Source of the DNA: Macrostomum lignano
Taxonomy: Eukaryota
Assembly: GCA_002269645.1 (NCBI GenBank)
Contig: NIVC01001046.1
Span: 310,001-374,000, forward strand
Direction of reading: 5' to 3'
Length of the DNA: 64,000 nucleotides
In this document: positions 51,086-62,100 of the stretch, one piece after another
Numbering within the stretch: position 1 is the first letter of the stretch
How the letters are laid out: every line of letters begins with the position of its first letter
The notes under the pieces: model-generated
Databases searched by the model: none
What the model was told of the DNA's origin: nothing
Seen by the model: only the letters and a program-made list of their open reading frames with translations
Program-made: the position numbers and the translations under genes

Positions 51086-53057
51086 GCCTGCCTGCCAGAC
51101 AAATGAAAGCCTTGCATTCACACAATAGCTTTTCACAGGTGTCCATTAAAATTCGCCATTTGAAGAGTTTCGACCGACCTTATCCTTCGCTCTCCTATCC
51201 CTGCGCAAGACCGTAGCTATTGTTGCAAGAAAATTTCAAAGAGTAACTTTCGAGATCGCAAAGAGTTGAAAGATTTGGTTAAAAAGTTTAATTATCGGTT
51301 TAGTAGGAAAAAATCCCTTTCAGCCGCATTTTAATTCTTATGGATTGACCTGAACCTTCAATACTCAGAACAGAAATGCTCTTCAGTAAAGTTCATTTCA
51401 ATAGAAGATCACTCAATAAAGTTTTTTAAAGAAAAGAAAAATCACCAATAGCTAACTGTGTTTTAAATCCAAATCTAAATATTCCTTCATTAGGGAAATC
51501 CCAATCTAAATAATCCTCAATTGGGGAAATCCCTATCTAAATAATCCTCAATTGGGGAAATCCCAATCTAAATATTCCTCCATTAGGGAAATCCCAATCT
51601 AAATAATCCTCAATTGGGGAAATCCCAATCTAAATAATACTCAATTGGGGAAATCCCAATCTAAATAATCCTTAATTGGGGAAATCCCAATCTAAATAAT
51701 ACTCAATTGGGGAAATCCCAATCTAAATAATCCTTAATTGGGGAAATCCCAATCTAAATAATCCTCAATTGGGGAAATCTCAATCTAAATAATCCTTAAT
51801 TGGGAAAATCCCAATCTAAATAATCGTCAATTGGGGAAATCCCAATCTAAATAATACTCCATTAGGGAAATCCCAATCTAAATAATCATCAATTAGCAAA
51901 ATCCCAATCTAAATAATACTCAATTGGGGAAATCCTAATCGAAATAATCGTCAATTGGGGAAATCCCAACCTAAATAATCCTTATTGGGGAAATCCCAAT
52001 CTAAATATTCCTCCATTAGGGAAATCCCAATCTAAATAATCCTCAATTGGGGAAATCCCAATCTAAATAATACTCAATTGGGGAAATCCCAATCTAAATA
52101 ATCCTTAATTGGGGAAATCCCAATCTAAATAATACTCAATTGGGGAAATCCCAATCTAAATAATCCTTAATTGGGGAAATCCCAATCTAAATAATCCTCA
52201 ATTGGGGAAATCTCAATCTAAATAATCCTTAATTGGGAAAATCCCAATCTAAATAATCGTCAATTGGGGAAATCCCAATCTAAATAATACTCCATTAGGG
52301 AAATCCCAATCTAAATAATCATCAATTAGCAAAATCCCAATCTAAATAATACTCAATTGGGGAAATCCTAATCGAAATAATCGTCAATTGGGGAAATCCC
52401 AATCTAAATAATCGTCAATTGGGGAAATCCCAATCTAAATAATCGTCAATTGGGGAAATCCCAATCTAAATAATCGTCAATTGGGGAAATCCCAATCTAA
52501 ATAATACTCCATTAGGGAAGTCCAATTAGATTAATCCCCAATTGGGAAATCTCCTAAAGCCCCGCCTCGGGCGCAAGACTCGCCTGATTTCCATGCAGCT
52601 CAATGCAGGTGAGCCGATACGCCGGGCCCCGCATCTCGGCAAAGCCGGTCACGTCTCTGATGGCATTGTAGGACAAGTTGATTCGAACCAACGACTTCAA
52701 TCCGGCCAGGCCTTCAACCTTTGCCAGGCGATTGCCAGCCAGATTAAGAGTTCGCAGGCTGGCCAGACAGTCGAGGCCACTAATCCGGCTGATCCTATTA
52801 GAGGACAAATCCAGGTGGCGCAGGTTGGGGGCGCGGTCCAGGCCGGCCAGGGCCTCGATTCGGTTGCAGTGGCAGTTGAGCACGGACAGCCGATCGTGCA
52901 GCGGCAGGTCCAGCAACCGGCCGACTCCGCAGTCGATGTAGCTCAACTCTGAGGCTTCCGTCGGGTCCGCTTTGAAGCCGCGAGCGCCGCCGGGGCGCTT
53001 GACCACCTCCTGCTGCTGCCGCTTTGACTGCTGGGTCCGCTGAAGCGATGCCAGCAA
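35287..53057 (-). CDS. LRRCC1: Leucine-rich repeat and coiled-coil domain-containing protein 1 (CLERC/Vfl1 family), 8 visible exons; true start not located
   Basis: Exons ~53057-52584, 50949-50406, 49444-49384, 43942-43783, 38734-37946, 37244-37173, 36705-36253 and 35796-35287, all phase-compatible. N-terminal LRRs ([40 protein letters not shown]), LRRcap [10 protein letters not shown], then [40 protein letters not shown] and DDAFRAQLD, all matching recalled LRRCC1. Confidence 0.9.
35820..36230. repeat. Degenerate ~31-bp minisatellite in the last LRRCC1 intron
   Basis: CATTATCCCATTTCTTCCCAATCCCAATGTA-like units. Confidence 0.85.
36730..37110. repeat. Purine-rich degenerate repeat in an LRRCC1 intron
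   Basis: GAGATAGA and GAGTAGACAGTGAGATCAA units. Confidence 0.75.
37592..37945. repeat. (ACAG)n microsatellite reaching the splice donor
   Basis: On the gene strand the intron begins CAG|GTCTGT and continues as (TCTG)n. Confidence 0.92.
38765..39365. repeat. Two adjacent minisatellites: 31-bp (38765-39110) and 17-bp (39170-39365)
   Basis: GGATTTCTCCTGTTTGGGGATTCGAGTTTGA and GATGCTGGGGCAGTTGT units. Confidence 0.88.
40675..43600. repeat. Large compound minisatellite: constant GCCAGTCATTCCTTGTGTCTCACTATCCA plus variable (TG)n (40675-43055), then a 38-bp repeat (43055-43600)
   Basis: Direct reading. It explains the ~1000-aa Cys/Val/Ser-rich ORFs in all three + frames. Confidence 0.96.
43990..44938. 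repeat. 39-bp minisatellite
   Basis: About 24 copies of GGCGCCAAATCCTATCCTAATCCCTTCAGTCCTTCGGAT. Confidence 0.93.
45475..46750. repeat. ~22-bp minisatellite with variant blocks
   Basis: CATGACGTTTCTTTTATGTCTGA-type units. Confidence 0.92.
47109..48461 (+). CDS. Intronless rhodopsin-family peptide GPCR, FMRFamide-receptor-like, nested antisense in an LRRCC1 intron
   Basis: 450-aa ORF with 7 hydrophobic segments: [26 protein letters not shown] (DRY-equivalent ERC), [20 protein letters not shown] and [22 protein letters not shown]12-H-Q12 tract in ICL3. Confidence 0.88.
48520..48915. repeat. ~43-bp minisatellite 3' of the nested GPCR
   Basis: CTTAGCAGTGTCTCCCAATGCTACCCCACAACAGTCTTTGTTGTT-like units. 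Confidence 0.88.
49925..50370. repeat. 11/22-bp repeat (CTAATGGACTAATG) in LRRCC1 intron 2
   Basis: Direct reading. Confidence 0.85.
51490..52530. repeat. 31-bp palindrome-containing minisatellite in LRRCC1 intron 1
   Basis: About 33 copies of AATTGGGGAAATCCCAATCTAAATAATCCTC. Internal hairpin ATTGGG-GAAAT-CCCAAT. Confidence 0.94.
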
Positions 53058-56000
53058 CTCAGTTCATATATTGCCCTCCCAGTTCCAATCTCAATGACAG
53101 GGGAGATGTCCCTCCCAGTTCCAATCTCAATGACAGGGGAGATGTCCCTCCCAGTTCCAATCTCAATGACAGGGGAGATGCCCCTCCATTCTGCGGCTGA
53201 CTGTTTTATAGTTCCCTGACATCTTTATTAGTGCACCACACGAAAATAAAATCAGGGTTCCTATGTATTTTAGGATTTTGCAAGATTGTGCAAACAATGC
53301 TAACCATACTACTGTCAAGCATATAAGTTGTTGATGACACTAAAAACCTTTTTTGCACAGAAAAGCAACACTAATTGATAGTCCAGAGAAAAATCAATAT
53401 GCTTTTGATTTAGTATGCTATTTGTCTTAGTTTTCTTAGTCAAAGCACTTGTCAATATGTGTTTGTTATAATTATATTTAAACTTTTACTTCATTCAACT
53501 ATTGATATGGTTAGTTTTCTATTAGCTATGTGTTAAAATTTATATCAGTTTGTTTCTCAAACTAAATACATTATAGCCATATGAAATTAAGAAAAATGGT
53601 ATAAATGGATGATAGTTAATATGACAAAATCATATGACAAATGTGCTAATGATAAATTTGACCCAAATCTTCATTGTCCAAGACAAATAAGACACAACAA
53701 GAAATCCTGAAATTTTTCTTGTCTTTTGAGAAAATTACCTAGTAAAAATTATTTCAATTTATTTAAATCAAAATACTTAGACAAAATTGTCTTATTTTAT
53801 ATTTTTTATTATTTTGGATAATTATAGGGTATCTTTATTACTTATTTTTTAAACTAGCCACTTTTTCCTAATCCCAATTTCTGTTAATGTGCATTTAAAC
53901 AAATTTGTAACTTTTTTACTATATTCATGTTAGTTTAAAAAAACTTTCTATAAAAGTTCATTACTTTTGTTGAATAGATTTTTCAAAAATACAAAATGAA
54001 TAGCTTTATGTATATTTGGTAATCTTTTACTTTACTAAAGGTTTATTTTTTCTTGGAAAATTTGCAATTATAATAGGTATAGAATGACATGGCTTGAAAG
54101 ATTTGTTTTTTGCATAAAATCTCTGATAAATTGTCTAATAGGTAGACTTAGCCAATGCAAGATAGATACACTAGACTTAGCTCGTATAACTAAAGCAATC
54201 AAATAAGTCAATTATCGTAGTCCAGCTACATCTATAGCTCTATCTATTATACTAGTTGATGACTTGCTTGACCTTGTTTATGACCTTGATATTACAATAT
54301 AGCTTCCTATAAAGTTTTTGAAACTTATCAATCCATCTATTGAACCTATTTAGTAATAAATCTAGGAAGAGAGAATGGGGGGGTGGCTGTGCTCCTTTTT
54401 TGCTATGGCTAGACTAGACTTGTATATAAGGAGGAAGGTATTTTAATTTTGGACTTCTTTCAGCCCAACCTGAACATTTTGGCTAGGCCTAACCTGCCCC
54501 CCATACTTAAGAACCCCTAGATCTTCTGCTACTGAATCCAATATAGTATTCATCATTAAACTAAATGAAATAGCAAATTTTCAAAATAAAGTACATTTTA
54601 ACAAGTAAAGATAAAAGATTGCCATAATGCTATATATATTTATATGCTTTAAGGCCTCAAAATGGTTGATTAAAATAAACAATTTATGTATTATAATTTA
54701 TAAATGCCTATAGGGCCTAGGCTATATTTAAATAAGAGATAGGCCTAGGCTAAGTGAAAATGATACGAAATAGGAAAAATCAATTTTAAATCAAGAAATA
54801 AATAATGGCCTTTAAGAAGGTATTCAAATTATATAGTGAAATCTTTATAAAAAAAGAAAAAATCTTATTTATACATAATGTTGTTTTCAAATAACAATTA
54901 ATCATAATAAATAGGCATTAACTAATAGTTACATGATAAAATTTAAAAATATGGAGTTGAAGCATTTTATTTCAACTTTCAAGTACATGTTTTTAAATTG
55001 ATTTAAGAATTAACAACATTGAATCATTATATAGGCTTTTGATACACAGGAAGTGGTTTCAATTTTTTGGCTAGTAGAAAAATGCAGCATTTTTGTTTAA
55101 ATCATATGGAATGCTACTAAATTTTATTAAATTGCCTAAGACTTTAAGAAAATAATATAATTTAGTTTGTAGCTGTAGAATTAAATTTAATAATACACTA
55201 ATTAGATACATGCAAAATTAATTAGAAAGGGAAGTAAAATAGGCCTAGTAAAGCACAAAGTCTCCAAAAATAGGCTTTTCACGAAGATCGGTTCTAGAAC
55301 CAAAATAATTCTGATTCCAGAACCAGAATCGGTAGGAAAATGAAAAGCTTCGAACCCATTTTATGTTTGTCAGTCTTTACAGTTTAATTTTGTTTTTCCT
55401 TGACTTTGTTTCCTCTTGGATATTACAAAAACGGAATAATTATATAGTATATACCAATAATAAAATTTGACGATTTCAAATAGATTTCACTGTTAAAGTG
55501 TACTTCAGTAAACATGACAACGGATCAAGAAAATTTCTCGATCCAAATTCCAGATCCAGAACATGGTTCTGGAACCGATTCTGAAAACGGAACAGACAAT
55601 ATGAAGCTTCGAACCGATTCTGGTTCTGAAATCGGTAATATGAAAAGCCTAAAAGTCAAAAGACAAAGAGCAGCATTGTTAAAAAATCGTCAGATGGATA
55701 GAAGTTGAACATAACCAATTTAGTGAGAGAAGCCTTTCTTTCTTTAACAATATTTTACAATTTACTAGTTTTTTTTTAAACGAAGACAAACATACGCAGG
55801 AAAACGTTTAAATTTGACTGGTTGGTACAGTCCGTACGTTTTTGTTAAACTGTTTATATTTAATTTCCCGCCAGGTTTATTTTAAGGTCTAATATAAAAT
55901 ATTGAAACGATCTCAGCGACAGGCTACACTCTAATTGTTTTCGGACTATATAGGTTATAGGTTACAGGCCGTTTGTAATTTTATCGAATCTTTTACGACT

Positions 56001-56122
56001 GACAGGGTATTGGCAACTCTTCTCATGATGGTTAAATTTGCATACACTAGTGCAGTTTGACACGATTCAGTTGCCAGGAATACGCGCGTGTACGTGATGC
56101 GTTACACGTAGTTTAAGTTTTT

Positions 56123-56440
56123 GAGTAGCTTAGCGGTAAACACGTCTGACTCTCTCGCACCACGATCGTGCGTTCGATACCGATAATTTAGCCCTTGTGT
56201 GAAAAATGGCTAGGGTTGTCGTGCGATTCACACACAAGAATCCCCAATTGCGCCAATCCCCAAAGCACAGCAGCTAAAAGGGTGTACATACCTGTGACGT
56301 AATTCAGACTGCATGAAAACACCTGTGCAAACCCTTGGGATATATGAGTCATCACGGGGGCACAGGGATCACAACTGGGAGAAAGTGAGGGTGCGCGCAA
56401 ACATTAGTGGGGAGGCCCAGGATTTCCCAACGCAATAAAT
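56123..56440 (+). mobile_element. Putative further tRNA-derived SINE (different head)
   Basis: A-box TAGCTTAGCGGT, B-box GTTCGATACC (56172-56181) and body CCAATCCCCAAAGCACAG...GTGTACAT, weakly like family A. The 3' end is uncertain. Confidence 0.45.
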
Positions 56441-56957
56441 GTCATAGCTGCAGCCTGCAAAATTCAATGTACTCGTGCTTTATTAAAAACAAATAAACGA
56501 ATGCAATTAATAAAATTTTATTTTAAAAAGAGGAACTTTCAGATATGTGTTACGAACGTGGACGTTTATATATTGTGTTACACAATTTCTGACTATTAAA
56601 AAAGTAACATTTCACATACGGAAGTGGAGCTGCTGATGTTTTTCGAATGTTTGATTCGAAGCATTCTATTTATAAAAGTACGATGGACTGTATAAATTAG
56701 CGAACTATAAGGAACTAATAAGAACTATTTGATTTGTGACTTCTATCACAGAGACGCCAGCGCTGTAGTATCGGAAAATAAGTCTAGAAAAGATTTCGCA
56801 TTTCGTGATCAGCAGAGCAAAATTAAAGGAAGAAATTGCATGGCTTTTCATTTTCTTCATTTGGATTCGACTAATTGTTCTCATGCTACAGTGTAGTTCT
56901 TACCTGGTGTGCCGCTTTGCTGAAGAGTAGGAGGTGGCATTTTAGGATTAGAGTCAG

Positions 56958-57281
56958 GGCGCACTTTAAGCGACATTGTCACACAACCGGTGAGAGGCAT
57001 TACGGCCGATTCCGCAGACTCCCCTGAGCAGGCACACAAGCGCGCGGATCCGTACGCAGTCATACGCACAGGCACTCACACAGGAGTGTACAGCGGCCCA
57101 AAAATTTATTTATCGTTAGGCATGTACACTTCACGGTGCCTTGGGGTGGCTCTCAAGAGCGTTAATGACACGAGCAGAGCCAAGCCGAGATTCCAATTCA
57201 GCCCTAAATTAATGTGACTGCACTTGGAATCGAGCCTGGGCCGCTGGCACACCAGAGCGCCGCGCTGGACGCACTGGGCTT
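56958..57281 (-). mobile_element. tRNA-derived SINE, family A copy 3
   Basis: Same head (AGCCCAGTG...GGCTCGATTCCAAGTGCAGTCAC) and same 3' end (GTGTGACAATGTCGCTTAAAGTGCGCC) as the 25.4-26.2 kb copies. Confidence 0.85.
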
Positions 57282-57587
57282 ATGGTATCCTTCCCCCTCT
57301 GAACTGTTGGACGGGAGCAATCCACCGGTGAACCGGGGATATTTAGAAACCCACACCAGTGAAACGGGAATCCGCAGGGTAATCGAGGAAATGGGGCAAT
57401 GGCCATCTATGGACTGGGGTTAGTCTAGCAACTTTAGACTGCATCAATATTATCCAAATGAAGAAACACGTCAAGCTTGATTGCTAAGAGGAAATTCTAC
57501 TAACCAACTGAGTGAAGTGTAAATGAACAATTGTGACTCGTAGGTCAAAAAATGTAAGACAACCATCGCCACTTTCAAACGATCCAA

Positions 57588-58108
57588 TTACGATCGAAAG
57601 TCCTCCACGCCCGCCTGGGTCATCAGGTCGGCGACGCTACGCTCGAGTTCGTCAATACGCCGGCCCATTTCGTCGATTCGGCCGGTGATGCGGTCGCTGG
57701 TGTGGCCGAAATTGTCGGTCATGCCCTGCAGCATGGCCTGCAGCTGCAGGTGGCGAGGAGGGTAGCGGATCGGTAAGCATATCCCGGACTACAGATATTA
57801 AAAAACCATAGACAGTTCGTTAGTAATACTCGTTTAAGCTAATATTAATTTAGTAGCTTGAACGAACAGGCCGATCCACGCAGAATGTCGCTTTAATTTT
57901 CGACAGTGCCCAAAAAAGCAATACGCTAAATACTGTTGGCTTGAATCCGGTTCTAACATGGTGTTCCTTAAAGCTTTGTGTTTTTGCCTTCTTCTGGTTC
58001 GTCAAGACGTCCCCAGACCAACAAGCCCCAGCTTACGTGATTCGTGAGCTCTTGGACATTGTGCGGATCAACAACTCCATATGATTTATCCTTGGCGAAG
58101 TCGGCCAT
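57588..58108 (-). CDS. HSBP1: Heat shock factor-binding protein 1 (75 aa, 2 exons; absent from the supplied ORF track)
   Basis: Exon 58108-58037 MADFAKDKSYGVVDPHNVQELTNH (donor gtaagc) and exon 57743-57588 [51 protein letters not shown]. This matches recalled HSBP1 [23 protein letters not shown]...[27 protein letters not shown]. Confidence 0.92.
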
Positions 58109-58691
58109 GCTGCAGTAACTGTCTGTTCCAGCTGCTAGTCAAGTCTGGAGAGCTTGAAAAGAAAAATTTTAATTTCTCTGCCTTCCTTCCTTTATTTCAA
58201 AGCCTCTCTCTGCTGCTGCAGGTAAGCTTTTAGGCATGGGGAGAGGCAGTGATAAGAGGGAAGCAAGTCAACGGTAGAGAGACGGTTTGCGTTGCCATTG
58301 GTTACGACAGGCACAGCTGAGGCAGGGGTAGCGTTCGGGGACAGAGAAATTCAGAAGAGAGAAAAAGAGACGGAGAGACGGAAGGGTGGAGCAGGGGATG
58401 AATCAGCTGCGTGCCTGATGCCCACTGGGCCGTCCCTGCACTCAGCTAGCAGTGCAACTCTCATGCTTCCACTTTGCTCTCTCCTCCTCTGTCTCCACAT
58501 GCTTCTCATGTGGCGCCCCGGATCGAGGGCAAACATTGCCAAGTGCAAATATTCGCAAGACTCTCTACGAGAACCAGCTGGGACAGCGCGACATATGCTA
58601 GCTACTTAATGCGTCCAAATTTTATTGAAAAATGCAAACAAAAACTTTAAGTTCAACGCCAATTCTTTGCGCCATTCTTTCGAACAGTCAA

Positions 58692-59047
58692 ACTGACTGA
58701 CTGACTGACTGACTGACTGACTGACTGACTGACTGACTGACTGACTGACTGACTGACTGACTGACTGACTGACTGACTGACTGACTGACTGACTGACTGA
58801 CTGACTGACTGACTGACTGACTGACTGACTGACTGACTGACTGACTGACTGACTGACTGACTGACTGACTGACTGACTGACTGACTGACTGACTGACTGA
58901 CTGACTGACTGACTGACTGACTGACTGACTGACTGACTGACTGACTGACTGACTGACTGACTGACTGACTGACTGACTGACTGACTGACTGACTGACTGA
59001 CTGACTGACTGACTGACTGACTGACTGACTAACTGACTGACTGACTG
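58692..59047. repeat. (GACT)n microsatellite, ~355 bp
   Basis: Nearly pure tetranucleotide run between HSBP1 and the next gene. Confidence 0.97.
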
Positions 59048-59199
59048 TCATGAGGGCTGTATGGACGCCAAAAAGATTAAAGAGAGCCGATAGAATAAGT
59101 TTTGAATTAATATATTTTGATCAAATTGAAAAACTCCACCAAATGTTAACTTTTCACCGAATTTGTCAGATAATCAGAAAAGGAGAATCAGTTTCAGAG

Positions 59200-62100
59200 T
59201 CATTTGCAGTAGCCGCAAGTCCTGGCGCACAGACTGCGCATTGAGCGGCACATGTTGCTCTTCTTCACGAACAGGCAGTCAACAGGGCGGATTTTGTCTT
59301 TGCATTCTGGAAGACGTGCGGGATTCGTGGGATTTGGCGGAAGGTATTCAGGAAAGATTAAGTTAAGAATGACAGCTAATGAAAGCTTTGACTTACTCTG
59401 AGTTGAGGCGCACTTCTCGCTGGAGGTGTAACGTTTCGGCACGCAAACGTTCGATCCGGGATACGTGACGTAATATATAAAGCAGCGGATTCGCTTGCCG
59501 CACTTGCACTGAGACACGGTGGACCGATCGCGCGGACATTTCGGCGAGCAAGAGAAAACGGCGAGACTTCGGCGAACAATGCAGTGACCCTTCACACGGA
59601 TTGTGTACAGTGTGACTACCTGCCGGATCCATTTCTTGCCGTGACGATAGCACTTGCTAATCAGCTTTCTGGTGACTAAGCCGCAGTTCTTGCAGCTATA
59701 AGTCTTAGCATGAGAGCTGATGCGACATCGGCCATTGACAAAGCGGGCGACGATCTTTGTAATTTTGCGTTGGCCATTTTTGCACGGTCCGATCAACTGG
59801 TAAGAGCCGACTTGGCAACGGACGCAGCGCAGGTTTTTGATTCTGACAGAAACGCGCCACAGACGTAGTTTTTTATCGTAGTAGACCTGAACTCTAATGT
59901 CCTTCTGCCAGCCGGACTTGGAGCAGCGGCTGCGCCAGTGGTAGCCTCTCGGTTGACGCTTGCAAACACCGCAAGTGTAATTGCACAGATGACGTACGAG
60001 GTGCCTGGAACACTTCGACTTCTTGCAGAATTCTCGTCTGTCCTCGCATTTGCGACATGGCACTCGCAGTTTGTGCACCCGCCTTTGGCAGCTACCGCTG
60101 CGATTCCGCTTCCACGTAGCCACCGCTGCTGTCCTGTAGCATACGCGCTGCTTGCCTAATTTGATGCAGCTGCACTTGTATTGCTTCAGGATGCGGCGGA
60201 AGGGACATTTAGTAGGACAGATCCGCTCAAACAAAATACAGTCTCGCGTCTTGCGCAACTTCAGCGACGGGAACCGCAGGAGGAGACCTCTGCGATTGAT
60301 TCGCAGAAGGAGACACTTTCGCGTTGAATGATCATAGTCGAATGCCCGGCATTTGCTGTTTTTCTGACAGCTGCTCATGCAAACGTCGAATGAGGTGCGC
60401 TGAGCCAAAATGAACGAGCGTCGGAAGTGCCGCTGCTTGCTGAGGCAGAAATTTTTGGCATAAATGAGCCGCGTTTTGGGGCAGCCTGTGGGAGAATTGG
60501 TTTTGAATTACAGTTGAAAATATCAATATTCGTGTTCTATAAAGCAAAGTTAGTGCTTACCATAGCAACGATGGCAGGTCCTCGCGCAAAGACGCTTGGC
60601 GAAATACGGGTATTTGTCGCACAATTGAATCTTGTTAGAAGCGGCCCACTTTCTGCATATTCCAGTGGGTAGCAGGTCTCTACACTTGGACTTGCATTGC
60701 ACCACGCGTCTGTAGATCTTCGATACGCATTTACATTTTACAGGCTTGTGAATGACAACAATAACTGCTTGAGTCTTGCCTGTACATTTTGACACCTTTG
60801 TGCGCGCCTTCGGACAACGTATAAGTCTGTAGCTTGTAAACTTTCGAAGCTTGCAACTGTTACCACTTACAAAGAAGCGATACTCAGTTACCACTAAGCG
60901 GTTGTTTCTAAGGCAACTGTAGCGTTTGTATGGCTTCTGACAGGCGCAAAGCTTCAAGAAAGAATTGGAAACGGTTTTGCAGCTGCAACCGACGCGTCGC
61001 TTCCATGTCTGCACGACTCGCGCGTACTTTTTATTTCCCTTAACGATATTACACGGGCCAGTAACACTATGACGCTTGGAGCTGCACGTCACACGAACTC
61101 TTGAGGTGATCTTGCTGCGTGCAATGCACTTATTTCCAGACTTCTGCCAATAATGGTGAATGTAAACCACGAGCCGGAGCGGCACTTCTTGGTTGCGTAA
61201 CCGCGCCTACATCTGCAAAGCTCATAGCGCGACTTTGTGTACTTGATGCAGACACAATTTCTCTTCTTCCAATAGCACTCGACCCACTTTCGATAGAATC
61301 CATTCTGTCTGGCAGCACATTTGGATTTTTTCGTTCGAGGTGAAGGACAGCGGACTGGTCGGTAAATTTTGCGAGACACGCGGCGACAACTGCGTTTGTG
61401 GAATTCAAGCCAAGAATGGACTTCAACATGCTGCTGCGAACGTTTGTCGCAGTAGCGGTATTTCTGAAGTTGCCGCTTGCAACCTGAAATAACATAACAC
61501 TTAGGGTTTGTAACTGTTTGATTGAGTAGAAAATTAACTACATTGGTAGAAAATTGAACTTACAGCAAGTTTCCTTCCACACTTTATAATGACGCTTGCA
61601 TTTGCAGTTTCGCACAGTGTACCATATGCTTCCCATACTTCTCTTGCAGCTCGAACGATTGCATTTACCCCTGACTATTTTTCGAGTCTTGCACGTTACG
61701 CGAGAAGTGCGGCATCTGCGGTTTTTGGTGCACCCAGTCGGTTTGAGAGTGTAAGTATAGTGGCAGCGCTGCTGGTGATTTCCCCGAACGCAGGTGTTGA
61801 CAACGTGCTGCTTAGGACAACGGCAGCGTATGAGCTGGTGTCGGCGGCCAACCTTACAGCGGCACTGTGCAACATGCCGAGTTACTATCGTGTCTTTCCT
61901 CCAGCCATCTTTGCGACACGGTCCTCGGTGAAGCTTGGAGCGTGGCCGACAGGCTGCATGCACTTGAGCGGAAATGTCATACCGGCGCACGCTTCGATGA
62001 CAGGCGTGCTTCTTGAATCGGTATGAGGTGACAACTCGGTACAGTCTGTTTTTGTAACACTTCTTTTCAACGCTGTCTCTGTGAATGCAGCAGCACAGCT

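Noticed and set aside
55280-55650. Short inverted repeats (CCAGAACCAGAATCGGT / ACCGATTCTGGTTCTG) and a 64-aa ORF
   Set aside because: This is probably an old transposon remnant, but termini and TSD could not be defined, and the ORF has no recognisable similarity.
58653-59051. (SQSV)n ORF
   Set aside because: It is the translation of the (GACT)n microsatellite.
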